This document shows positions 21,127-29,963 of a stretch of DNA of 44,896 bases, piece after piece. Made by a program: the position numbers and the translations under genes. The stretch covers positions 1 through 44,896 of the forward strand of contig JAQBQI010000389.1 in assembly GCA_028287085.1 (NCBI GenBank), given 5' to 3'. Source of the stretch: Myxococcaceae bacterium. Its GTDB lineage: Bacteria; Myxococcota_A; Polyangia; Polyangiales; Ga0077539. How positions within the stretch are numbered: the stretch's first letter is position 1; each line of letters starts with the position of its first letter. The notes under the pieces were generated by a model. It was not told where the DNA came from. It saw only the letters and a program-made list of their open reading frames with translations, and searched no databases.

Positions 21127-21761
21127 CCACGACCGCCGACGACCTCGCGCGCACGCTCGCCGCGCTCGACCGCACCCTCCCCTTCGCGCTCTTTCTCCGC
21201 CACGCCGAGCGCGAGGAGGTCCCCGCCGACGCCCCCTACGCCGACGTCGATCTGACCCCGGCGGGCGTACTCGCCGCGCGCGCCCTGGGCCGCTCGATCG
21301 GCGATGCGCTCGGCTGGGCGGCGACGAGCCCCTTCCTCCGCTGCCGTCGGACGGCCCGCGAACTCTCCGGGGGTCGCGACATCCCGATCGATGAAGACAC
21401 ACGCCTCGGGAGCCACGGGCCCTGGGTGCTCGACCACGAGGAGGGCGGGCGCCTCTTCGCCTCCCTGGGCATGAAGGGCGTCGTCCATGCGCAGATAGCC
21501 GGAACGCGCTGGCCCTGCATGCGCCCGTTGGACGAGGGCACGCGGCTCCTGCTCTCCTGCGCGCTCGACCGCATCGAGCGCGGCGGCAGCGGCGTGTGCG
21601 TGAGCCACGACGCGGTGCTGATGCCCGCCATCGCCTGGCTCACGGGCGACACCTTCGACGGGCGTTGGCTCTCGCCGCTCGACGGCTTCGCGCTCCAGCG
21701 CCACCCCGGCGGGTGGCGATGCGTCTGGCGCGGCTCGACCTTCGAGGTGCCGCCGTGCTGA
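21123..21761 (+). CDS. histidine phosphatase family protein (phosphoglycerate mutase-like)
   Basis: The GTG at 21123 overlaps the upstream TGA (GTGA). It has an RHG-type motif FLRHAEREE near the N-terminus and a second His block VCVSHDAVL. Length is 212 aa. Confidence 0.75.
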   Translation: MTTTADDLARTLAALDRTLPFALFLRHAEREEVPADAPYADVDLTPAGVLAARALGRSIGDALGWAATSPFLRCRRTARELSGGRDIPIDEDTRLGSHGPWVLDHEEGGRLFASLGMKGVVHAQIAGTRWPCMRPLDEGTRLLLSCALDRIERGGSGVCVSHDAVLMPAIAWLTGDTFDGRWLSPLDGFALQRHPGGWRCVWRGSTFEVPPC

Positions 21762-23416
21762 CCGTCGGGCTCTACGGGATCCGCGACACCACGCATGGGC
21801 AGCACCCGACGTACACGCACGACCACGGCGTCGCGTTCATGCGCGAGGGTCGCGTCGAGCGCGTCGTCGAGCTCGAACGCCACACCGGGCGTCGCCACGA
21901 CAACCGACTCGATCGCTATCTCCCAGAGCTGCTTGCGGCGCACGGCGAGGGCGGCGGAGAGGTGCGCTTCGTGTCGGTGAACTCCTTCGTGGGTGCCGCG
22001 TTCGTGAGCGCCGACGGCAACCTCCGCATCGAGCCCGAAGGGCGCGTGACGATCGACGCGCAGCCCGTTCCCGCCCGCGTGCACTGGTTTCCCGACGGGA
22101 TCACGAAGCGCGAGGCGACCGGCGAGGTGCTGTGCCACGAGTTCGCGCACGTCGCGAGCGTGCTGCCCTTCGTGGGGCGCTTCGAGGCGCGCAGCCTCCT
22201 GGTACACATCGACGGCGGGGCCTCGGACTCGGCGTGCTCGTTCTGGTGGTGGGACGGCGCGTCGGCCCGGCTGCTCGACGCGTCGTGGGATCGCATGAAG
22301 GACGCGGTGAACAACTTCAACGTCAACCCGCTCGTGCGCGCCATCCTGGGCTTCGAGACGCACGAGCACCTCTCGATCCCGGGCAAGCTGATGGGCTACG
22401 CGGGCCTCGGAACCAGTTCGCCGGCCGTGCGCTCGTGGCTGGAGGAGCGTCGCTTCTTCCTCGACCGCCCGTGGTCGCACGAGGAGTTGTGCGAGGCCGT
22501 GCGCGCCCGCTTCGGCGTGCGGTGGGAGCGCTTCGACGCCCGCGACCCGCTCTGCATGGACCTCTGCGCGGCCATCCAGGGACACTTCGAGGAGCGCGTC
22601 AGCGCAGAGATCCTTCGGTGGCAGGCGGAGACGGGAGCCACGCACCTGTACTACGCGGGCGGCGCCGCGCTGAACGTCCCGACCAACGCGCGCCTCGAAG
22701 CCTCAGGGGCCTTCCGCGCGGTGCACGCCCCGCCGTGCACGAACGACAGCGGGCTGGCGCTCGGCGCCGCGGCCTGGCGCGAGTTCCTCGACCGCGGCGA
22801 GGTCGAGGTCCACAGCCCCTTCCTCGGTCGCGCGGGGGCCACGGCCCGGCGCGTGGCGGTGCCGGATGACGTGGTCGACGAGGTCGTCGCGCGTCTCGCG
22901 GCGGGCGAGGTGCTCGGGGTCTGCGTGGGCGACGCCGAGGTCGGGCCGCGCGCCCTCGGACACCGCTCGATCCTCGCTCGTCCCGACCGCGTCGAGATTC
23001 GCGTGCGGGTGAGCGAGGAGATCAAGCGCCGCGAGTGGTACCGCCCCGTCGCGCCCGTGATGCTCGACGAGGTCGCGGCGCTCGCGCTCCCGCCCGAGGC
23101 GACGCGCAGCAACCTCGCGCCCTACATGCTCGGCGCGTGGCGGTTGCGCCCGGAGTGGCGGGCGCGCTTCGCGGGCGTCGTGCACGCCGACGGGACGATC
23201 CGCGCGCAGGTCGTCCGCTCCGACGACCCGGAGCAGGCCTTCCTCGCGGCCGTCCTGCGTCGGCTCTGGCAGCGCCACGGCGTCGCCGGGTTGATCAACA
23301 CGTCCTTCAACGGTCCTGGCGAGCCGATGCTCAACCGCCCCGAGGACGCGCTCGCCAGCGCGCGACGCCTCGGGCTCGACGGGGTGGTGATGGATGGATC
23401 CCTATATCGACCCTGA
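21755..23416 (+). CDS. carbamoyltransferase (NodU/CmcH/TobZ family)
   Basis: The N-terminus VLTVGLYGIRDTTHGQHPTYTHDHGVAFMREGRVERVVELERHTGRRHD is ASKHA-like. The C-terminal blocks are AEVGPRALGHRSILARP, KRREWYRPVAPVML and INTSFNGPGEPM. The GTG at 21755 overlaps the upstream gene by 7 nt. Confidence 0.85.
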   Translation: MLTVGLYGIRDTTHGQHPTYTHDHGVAFMREGRVERVVELERHTGRRHDNRLDRYLPELLAAHGEGGGEVRFVSVNSFVGAAFVSADGNLRIEPEGRVTIDAQPVPARVHWFPDGITKREATGEVLCHEFAHVASVLPFVGRFEARSLLVHIDGGASDSACSFWWWDGASARLLDASWDRMKDAVNNFNVNPLVRAILGFETHEHLSIPGKLMGYAGLGTSSPAVRSWLEERRFFLDRPWSHEELCEAVRARFGVRWERFDARDPLCMDLCAAIQGHFEERVSAEILRWQAETGATHLYYAGGAALNVPTNARLEASGAFRAVHAPPCTNDSGLALGAAAWREFLDRGEVEVHSPFLGRAGATARRVAVPDDVVDEVVARLAAGEVLGVCVGDAEVGPRALGHRSILARPDRVEIRVRVSEEIKRREWYRPVAPVMLDEVAALALPPEATRSNLAPYMLGAWRLRPEWRARFAGVVHADGTIRAQVVRSDDPEQAFLAAVLRRLWQRHGVAGLINTSFNGPGEPMLNRPEDALASARRLGLDGVVMDGSLYRP

Positions 23417-24575
23417 CCGGCTCGATCCCAGGCACCCGTCGTACGCGCGCAAGATCGACAACCTCCGGCGCGGTGACGAGGCGCATCGCTCGCGCGCCGA
23501 GGTGCTCGATGCGCTACCGGTCAAGCTCACGCTCCAGACCAACGACACCTGCAACCTCGACTGCCCGCACTGCCAGATTCCGCGCGCCGAAAAGCCACCG
23601 AAGATGAGCGCCGCGGTGCTCGAACGCGTGGTCGCCGAGCTCTTCCCCACGCTGGTCGAGCTGCACCCGAGCAACCTCGGCGAGGCCCTCCTGTGGCCGC
23701 TGTTTCCGCGGCTGTGCGCCGAGATGGCGCGCCACGGCGTGCTCCTCGACCTGACGACCAACGGCACGCTCCTCACCAACGAGCGTATCCTGTGGATCCG
23801 CCCGATCGCGCGCGACGTGAAGGTGTCCTTCGACGGCGCCACGCAGGAGACCTTCGAGCGACTGCGCCGCGGCGCTTCGTTTGCCGAGGTCTGTGAGGGC
23901 GTCGGTCGACTGGTCGATCGCCTCCGTGGGTCGCCCGCCCGCCCGACCGTCGCGCTCCAGATGACCCTGATGCGCTCGAACTACCGCGAACTCCCCGCGC
24001 TCGTGCGCCTCGCGGCGGAGCTCGGCGCGAGGCGCGTGAAGGCGTATCACCTGTTCTCGTTCTCGCCGGCGATGGACGACGAGTCCCTGATGGGCGACCT
24101 CGGCGTGTGGCCCGCCGTGCTGGCCGAAGCGCTCCGCGAGGGCGAGCGCCTCGGCATCGAGCTGCAGTGCGCAGAGCCCGAGGGCACGGGCGAGACCTCA
24201 CTCCGGCGCAGCGTCTGTCACCTGCCGTGGCACGAGGCCTGGCTCGACATCGACGGCTCGGTGCTGCCCTGCCACTCGCACGGCGGCGACTCGGCGGGCA
24301 ACGTGCTCGACGCGCCCTTCGTTGCGGCGTGGAACGGCCCTCTCTACCGAAAGGTCCGGCGCGCGTTCGCGCTCGATCGTCCGGCCTGGTACTGCGACGG
24401 GTGTGGGATGAACCTGGTGAAGTCCGCGGAGCACGACGCCGTGCCCTACGATCGCGAGAGCTTCCTGGCGCGAACGGCGCGCGGGGGTGGTGCGCTGCTA
24501 CCGACCTCGTCGCTGGTGCGCTGGAGCGGCCGGATGCGTCAGTTCGAACTCACGGGGCGCCGCGATGGACGATGA
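23394..24575 (+). CDS. radical SAM enzyme with SPASM/twitch-type C-terminal Cys cluster
   Basis: CX3CX2C motif NDTCNLDCPHCQ. The C-terminal cluster is CHLPWHEAWLDIDGSVLPCHS...GNV...WYCDGCGMN. The ATG at 23394 overlaps the carbamoyltransferase by 23 nt. Confidence 0.85.
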   Translation: MDPYIDPDRLDPRHPSYARKIDNLRRGDEAHRSRAEVLDALPVKLTLQTNDTCNLDCPHCQIPRAEKPPKMSAAVLERVVAELFPTLVELHPSNLGEALLWPLFPRLCAEMARHGVLLDLTTNGTLLTNERILWIRPIARDVKVSFDGATQETFERLRRGASFAEVCEGVGRLVDRLRGSPARPTVALQMTLMRSNYRELPALVRLAAELGARRVKAYHLFSFSPAMDDESLMGDLGVWPAVLAEALREGERLGIELQCAEPEGTGETSLRRSVCHLPWHEAWLDIDGSVLPCHSHGGDSAGNVLDAPFVAAWNGPLYRKVRRAFALDRPAWYCDGCGMNLVKSAEHDAVPYDRESFLARTARGGGALLPTSSLVRWSGRMRQFELTGRRDGR

Positions 24576-25500
24576 CGACACGCGGGCCGTGGTGTCCTCG
24601 GTGCAGGCGTGGCCATCGGCGCGCCGGCGCGCGGTGAGCCTGCGCGTGCTCGAGGAGGCGCCGCTCTTCGACCTCGAGGCAGCGTCGGCATGCAACATCG
24701 TGTGCAGCTTCTGCCCGCGCGACGAGATGGCGCGGCCGGAGCGGTTGATGTCGCCGGAGACCTTCGCGCGGGTGCTCGCGTTCCTGCCCGACGGCGCGGT
24801 CGTGATGTTCAGCGGGCTGGGCGACGCGCTGCTGAACCCGCGCCTCGAGGGCTTCGTCGCGGCCCTCACGGCGCGGGCGATTGCCTCGTGCGTGATCACC
24901 AACGGCCTGCGGCTCACGCCCCAGCGTGCGCGGGCGCTGATCGACGCGGGACTGCGCGAGTTCCAGGTGAGCGTGCACGGCCTCGACGCGGGCTCGCTCG
25001 CGCCGATCGTGACGCGCGGCGCCGACCCCGGACGGGTGGCCCGGCACCTCGACGCGCTCGCCGGGTTGCGGCCGCCCGACGTGCGCGTGCGCGTCAACTT
25101 CGTCGAGACGCCGGAGAACGTCGCGAGTCGCGAGCTGGTGCGCGCGTGGGCCGAGGCGCGGGGCTTCCGGTTCTTCTTCCGTCGCCTCCACACGCGAGGC
25201 GGCACGCTCACGCGGCGGCGCCCGGCGGAGGCCGTCGAAGGCTGTGGAATCTTCGCGGCAGTCACCTTCGTCACGGTCGAAGGCGACATCCTCCCCTGCG
25301 TCAACGACGTGCGCTCGGAGGGCGTGCTCGGCAACGTCGCCGACACGACCTTCGAGCGCCTGCGGGCTCGCAAGCGCGAGGTGATCGAGGGCGGAAGCTG
25401 GTTCGCGCCGTGCGCCGGATGCAATGACGACTATCGCTGGATCATCCTCGCGAACGGCGCCGTCGATGAGCGCCGATCGACGGCGCCGCCGGCTCGCTGA
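24565..25500 (+). CDS. radical SAM enzyme with SPASM-like C-terminal Cys cluster
   Basis: CX3CX2C motif ASACNIVCSFCPRD. The C-terminal cluster is GCGIFAAVTFVTVEGDILPCVND...GNV...FAPCAGCND. The ATG at 24565 (MDDDDTR) overlaps the upstream gene by 11 nt. Confidence 0.8.
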   Translation: MDDDDTRAVVSSVQAWPSARRRAVSLRVLEEAPLFDLEAASACNIVCSFCPRDEMARPERLMSPETFARVLAFLPDGAVVMFSGLGDALLNPRLEGFVAALTARAIASCVITNGLRLTPQRARALIDAGLREFQVSVHGLDAGSLAPIVTRGADPGRVARHLDALAGLRPPDVRVRVNFVETPENVASRELVRAWAEARGFRFFFRRLHTRGGTLTRRRPAEAVEGCGIFAAVTFVTVEGDILPCVNDVRSEGVLGNVADTTFERLRARKREVIEGGSWFAPCAGCNDDYRWIILANGAVDERRSTAPPAR

Positions 25501-25544
25501 TGCCGCTTTGGGCACGCAAGCTCTCCCCCGAGGGAATGAGGCGA

Positions 25545-27359
25545 TCACCCGGAGACGCGCCACTCCAGCAGACTCTTCAAGGCAACGGGCGCATCGAGGG
25601 TCAACGCCCTCTTGAGCGCGTCGACCGAGACGCGGTCCAGGGACAGTCCCGTCGAACGACCGTCCGCGACGGCGTTGCGAATGTCGACGAGGTGCACCGG
25701 CGCACCCGCCACGGAGATGACCTGCCGCCCCACTCCCGCGATCGACGCGAGGCCATCGAGCGCTGATCGATCGATCGCAGCCTCGAAGCTCGCGCGCACC
25801 CGCGGATCGTGGGTCTGTTCGAGCATGGTCACCATCGTCCCGAGCGACGGCGTCTTCTCCTGCTCGAGAAACATCTTGAACTCCGCCTTCGGCAGGAACG
25901 ACCCGGCATTGTCACGGGCGACCGCGCGTAGCGGCGCGAGCACGCGCTCTCGCAGCTCACGTTCGAGCGCGATCGCCAGGAGGTGAGCGCTGCGCCCGAG
26001 GTCATCGACGGCGCCGTGGTAGGTCACGTCGGCGCGCACGAGGTCATCCCTCGAATCGGAGTTCAGCCGCCCGAATCCATCCCCCAGAATCTGCTCCCAG
26101 CGCAATTGGGACTGTTTGCGTAGCCGATCGTGCCACTCCCAAGGGTTCACCGCGACCGGAGCTGCCGGCGTCACGTCGGGCCCGAGGACGCCCGTGATCC
26201 TCGCGAAGAGCGCGTCGAACGCCTCCCTCTCGGCCGCGCCTCGCGGCAGCAGGAACGCCTCCGCCCGCAGTTCGTTCGCCATGGCGCGCAGCTCTTCGAC
26301 CCACGCGCCCGTCATGGCACGCACGCGATCGTTCCTCAGACCGGCGATGACCTCGACCCGACGACGCGTGGCGCGCTCCAGGTACCAGAGCGCCTCACCG
26401 TGAAGTCCCGCGTCGGCGCAGACCCTGGCACGCAGCTGATCAAGCTTGGGGGTCACCACCGGATGGTCCAGCGCCTCCGCCATCGGGCCCACCTCGCCGA
26501 GCGCGGCGTGCGCGTCCGCGATTCGCCCGCGGCCCCGAAGGAACTCCGCGCGCTTCAGCGCGATGCGCAGGCGCACCTTCCGGTCGTCGTTCGGGTCGCT
26601 CGCGGCCCACGCCGCAGCGAGCGCCTCCTCGGCCTCCTTGGAGAGCCGCTCGCTGTCTCGCGGATCCCCGCCGACCACACGTGCGAGACGGGCGATCGCC
26701 AGCTCGGCGCGATGCTTTTGTGCGCTGCATCGACGGCGGCGGTCGCCGAGCAGTTCGCCGGCCCTCATCTCCTCGTCGAAACGCCACGCGGCCCCGTCGA
26801 GGTCGCCCCGGAGCAGCGCCGCGCGGCCGGCGAGGGCGCGAGCGTTGGCCAGGCGACGCGGATCCCCGAGGTTCTCGAGCAACTCCTCGTAGCGCGCGTA
26901 GCAGTCGTCGGCGCTGGCCCGCTGGTCGAGTTCGTCAAAGAGCGCTCCGAGGTTCCCAAGCAGCCTCGCTCGCACGCCGATGAGCGCGGGTCCGACCGCC
27001 ACGCGCAGCGCCTCGCGGAACAGGTCGTACGCCTCGTCGTGCCGCCCGAGGTCTCGGAGCGTCGCGCCGAGGTGGTTGCTCACGGCGAGCCATAACTCCG
27101 TGTCGTCCGCCCGCTGCGCAAGGTCGTGCGCTCTGCGGAAGTGATCCTCCGAGCGGGCCAGAGCAGCGGCTCCGCCCGCGCGATACAGGGACAAGCCTAC
27201 AAAGCGGTGGCAGCGCGACTGCGTGCGCAGGTCCTCGACAGCCGAGGCGAGCGCGAGCGCCTGCTCGTCGCACGCGAGTGCCGCCATCCAATCCTGGCGC
27301 AGGTACGCCTCCTTCCCTCGCGCGAGGTGCGCCTCGACCTCTTCCGCCGCGGTCGCCAT
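25545..27359 (-). CDS. TPR-repeat protein with an uncharacterised C-terminal domain
   Basis: The ATG at 27359 (MATAAEEVEAHLARGKEAYL) lies 1 nt after the upstream stop. It has repeated Ala/Leu/Arg-rich 34-aa-like helical units in the N-terminal two-thirds. The supplied ORF's 67-aa upstream extension is Arg/Gly/Cys-rich and overlaps the upstream gene. Confidence 0.75.
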   Translation of the reverse strand: MATAAEEVEAHLARGKEAYLRQDWMAALACDEQALALASAVEDLRTQSRCHRFVGLSLYRAGGAAALARSEDHFRRAHDLAQRADDTELWLAVSNHLGATLRDLGRHDEAYDLFREALRVAVGPALIGVRARLLGNLGALFDELDQRASADDCYARYEELLENLGDPRRLANARALAGRAALLRGDLDGAAWRFDEEMRAGELLGDRRRRCSAQKHRAELAIARLARVVGGDPRDSERLSKEAEEALAAAWAASDPNDDRKVRLRIALKRAEFLRGRGRIADAHAALGEVGPMAEALDHPVVTPKLDQLRARVCADAGLHGEALWYLERATRRRVEVIAGLRNDRVRAMTGAWVEELRAMANELRAEAFLLPRGAAEREAFDALFARITGVLGPDVTPAAPVAVNPWEWHDRLRKQSQLRWEQILGDGFGRLNSDSRDDLVRADVTYHGAVDDLGRSAHLLAIALERELRERVLAPLRAVARDNAGSFLPKAEFKMFLEQEKTPSLGTMVTMLEQTHDPRVRASFEAAIDRSALDGLASIAGVGRQVISVAGAPVHLVDIRNAVADGRSTGLSLDRVSVDALKRALTLDAPVALKSLLEWRVSG

Positions 27360-27360
27360 C

Positions 27361-28152
27361 TCAGCTCCCCGACCTCCCAGCGTCCCCAACCACCGTCGGC
27401 AACCCGAGCTCCCTGCGCAGCCCATCGAGGTCCAGCATCCTCCCGCCGGTCCCCTCCGTCGGCTGGCCCCGCAGCTCGAGTCCGCGCAGCCACGCCTCGA
27501 CCGCGGCGCGCCCCTCCTCCGTCGCCACGCGCCGCCGCGGAACACCTCCCACCGCCGCAATCTCCCGGTCCAGCGAGTCGCGCAGCGAGCGCGCCGTGAG
27601 CTCCGCCGCGGTGACCCTCGCCTCTTCTGGCGACTCGACGGGAACCGGGCGATTCGAGATCACCATCGTCTCATCGGCCTCGGCCTTCGTCCGGGCGACG
27701 TTGGGCTCGTCCTTCCACGGCGCCGTCATGGCGCGCGAGACCTCCTTCGGGCGCTCGCCCACGATCGCCTCGATGCGATCGAGCATCCGCGCCAATCGCG
27801 GCCCCGAGTTCGCCCGCACAATCCACCGCGAGCCCTCCCGTTCGAGCATCCCGAGCGCCTCACCCACCGGCGCGAGTGCCGTCGGAGCACCCGCCATCCA
27901 GCTCCACGCACGATCGCCGGTCTCCTCCATGTCGCCGGCCGCGCGCATCCGCGACGCCACCGTCGCGACCGTCGCCTTGAGCTTCACGACCACGTCGTAG
28001 AACTCCACGCAGTCGCCCTCGCTCGTGCTCAAGAAGGTGCGCGTCGGCTTCTTCGTCGCGAGGACCTCCTCGCCCAGTCGTGTGAGCACCCCATACGCGA
28101 CGCCCCACTGGCGCCGCAGCCCGGGCCCCGGCGCCGCCGGGTCGACCGCCAC
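27361..28152 (-). CDS. hypothetical protein (or the C-terminal part of a frameshifted larger gene)
   Basis: This frame has high GC3 and protein-like sequence only from about 28150 downward (VAVDPAAPGPGLRRQWGVAYGVLTRLGEEVL...). GTG at 28152 is the first plausible start. Upstream of that the frame is Arg/Gly-rich. TGA at 27363..27361. Confidence 0.5.
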   Translation of the reverse strand: MAVDPAAPGPGLRRQWGVAYGVLTRLGEEVLATKKPTRTFLSTSEGDCVEFYDVVVKLKATVATVASRMRAAGDMEETGDRAWSWMAGAPTALAPVGEALGMLEREGSRWIVRANSGPRLARMLDRIEAIVGERPKEVSRAMTAPWKDEPNVARTKAEADETMVISNRPVPVESPEEARVTAAELTARSLRDSLDREIAAVGGVPRRRVATEEGRAAVEAWLRGLELRGQPTEGTGGRMLDLDGLRRELGLPTVVGDAGRSGS

Positions 28153-29819
28153 CCGGGCTTCTTCAACGCCGCGACCGTCGCGTTCACCGTCGCCACGAAG
28201 CGCGCGGGATCCACCTTGGCGAAGTGCTCGCCCACCGTAAACACGCTGGGGAAGATCCACCGGCCGTCGTCGCGCGGGAGCACCAGCCCGAAGCAGCGCA
28301 CCCACCGCGTCAGCAGCTCGAGCTGCGCGCCGACCCACCCGAGCACGGTGTACCGCGTGTGATCGAAGACGTCCTCGACGAGTACCGTCCCCGCCGCGCG
28401 ATCGACCGCAAGCACGTCGCCGAAGATCACCCGCGCGTTCGCGAGGTTCAGCCGCGCCGCGCGTGACGCCGCGTCGGCCAGCGACCGGTCGGCGGCGGCG
28501 AGGTCGAGGCCCGTGCGTCCGTTCTCGCCGGCTCGGTAGAGCGCCGCCCAGGTGGGTACCAGCGAGCTCCCGAGGTGCATCGACAGTCGGGGTCCGTCGT
28601 CGCGCGTGAAGGTCCGCCCCAGCAGCGCGAAGCCCACCTCGCGGAGGGCGGCCTCGAACTCCGCCGGGTGCTCCTCGGCGTAGCGCTCCTTCCACACGTG
28701 GATGAACCGCGCGGTGCCCAGCTGCTCCGCGGTGGCCGGTTCACCGGGCTCGTCGAAGTCGTCGTCGAGGTCTTCGTCGAAATAGTCGTCCTCGTACGCG
28801 GGGTGTGGGTGCTCGACAGTCACCTTCACCTTGCCCTTCCCCGCGACGACCTCGTAGCGTTCCACGCACTGGGCCAGCATGTCGAAGATCGACTCGCCGT
28901 GCTTCGACAGAAACAGCGTCAGCGCCTCCATCAGCACGGTCGCCGTGAGCACGTCGTCGCGGGTCATGGAGCGTGGCGCCCCGGTGGGCGACGAGCACAT
29001 CAACCACGGCACCCCGGACGGCGCCGCGACGGGCCACCGCCGCCGACGAAGCTCCTTCCGGAAGTCGGGCGGAAACTCGCTCGTCGTCTCGAAGTTGACG
29101 GCGATCGACGGCGGAATCGCGCCCACGGCCTCGCCCGGCGCGCCCGCACCCTCAGCGCCCCGCCGGAACGCCATGAAGCGCTCGGCGGACTCGAAGCACA
29201 GCACGCCGTAGCTCTGCCGGATCTGGCCGACGACGCTGACGCAGGCATCGTGGAGGCCGAGCGCAGGGGCATCGACGCGGAGCACATCCGAGTCGGAGGG
29301 GAGCAGCATCCAGGGACCGAGCTTGTAGAGCGCCGCGCCCGCGGTGAAGAAGCGCGTGACCAGCACGGGGTCGTCGTCTGCGAGGGCGACGATCTCCTCC
29401 AGCGGGCTGACCGCACGCTGTGCTCCGGCGATCGCAGCCGCGAGCTCGGCGAGCGCCTCGACGGCCTCGGGCACCGGCCCGACGGTCACCGGGACGGTCG
29501 GGCCCACCAGCGCGGCGACCGCGGGGACGGCCGCGGCGTGGGAGACGCGCAGCCGTTGTGGCAGCGGGCCCTTGGGCGACGCGAGGGCGTCGCGGAGCGC
29601 GTCCGCCATCGCGCTCACCGGCGCGGAGCGGGCGACCGGGACGGCTGCGACGACGCGCGGACCGTCCATCCAGAAGCTGAAATCGAGCCCATCGACGTCG
29701 CGCACCGCGAGGCCGGGCGGCGCAGAGAGCCGGGCACCGGCCCACTCGACCGACGCCTTGGAGCGCAGCGCCACTCCGCGATGGGAGACGACCGGAGCGA
29801 CCTTTGGGCGGCGTGGCAT
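28029..29819 (-). CDS. hypothetical protein with an acidic linker (EDDYFDEDLDDDFDEPGEP)
   Basis: GC3 is high from about 29819 (MPRRPKVAP) to about 28150. The last ~40 codons before the TGA at 28029 become Arg-rich with falling GC3 while the neighbouring frame takes over. I recognise no domain. Confidence 0.55.
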   Translation of the reverse strand: MPRRPKVAPVVSHRGVALRSKASVEWAGARLSAPPGLAVRDVDGLDFSFWMDGPRVVAAVPVARSAPVSAMADALRDALASPKGPLPQRLRVSHAAAVPAVAALVGPTVPVTVGPVPEAVEALAELAAAIAGAQRAVSPLEEIVALADDDPVLVTRFFTAGAALYKLGPWMLLPSDSDVLRVDAPALGLHDACVSVVGQIRQSYGVLCFESAERFMAFRRGAEGAGAPGEAVGAIPPSIAVNFETTSEFPPDFRKELRRRRWPVAAPSGVPWLMCSSPTGAPRSMTRDDVLTATVLMEALTLFLSKHGESIFDMLAQCVERYEVVAGKGKVKVTVEHPHPAYEDDYFDEDLDDDFDEPGEPATAEQLGTARFIHVWKERYAEEHPAEFEAALREVGFALLGRTFTRDDGPRLSMHLGSSLVPTWAALYRAGENGRTGLDLAAADRSLADAASRAARLNLANARVIFGDVLAVDRAAGTVLVEDVFDHTRYTVLGWVGAQLELLTRWVRCFGLVLPRDDGRWIFPSVFTVGEHFAKVDPARFVATVNATVAALKKPGWRSTRRRRGPGCGASGASRMGCSHDWARRSSRRRSRRAPS

Positions 29820-29963
29820 GGACAGCGACGCTCGCACGAGGGCCGCGCGCGATTCAATCTCTCGAAACGGTCCCCGACGCGGTGAGGCTGCCGTCACCGT
29901 CGTGGCCCGCGTCGGCCCGCTAGCGTCGTCCGACCGCGCCTCGACGGCCCGCTGGCGCGATCG

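Noticed and set aside
25660-25682. HEPN-like Rx4-6H motif in the C-terminal domain of the TPR protein (DIRNAVADGRS)
   Set aside because: The position that should be His is Asp (RNAVAD), and I cannot verify the fold by eye. This is too weak to call a HEPN RNase.
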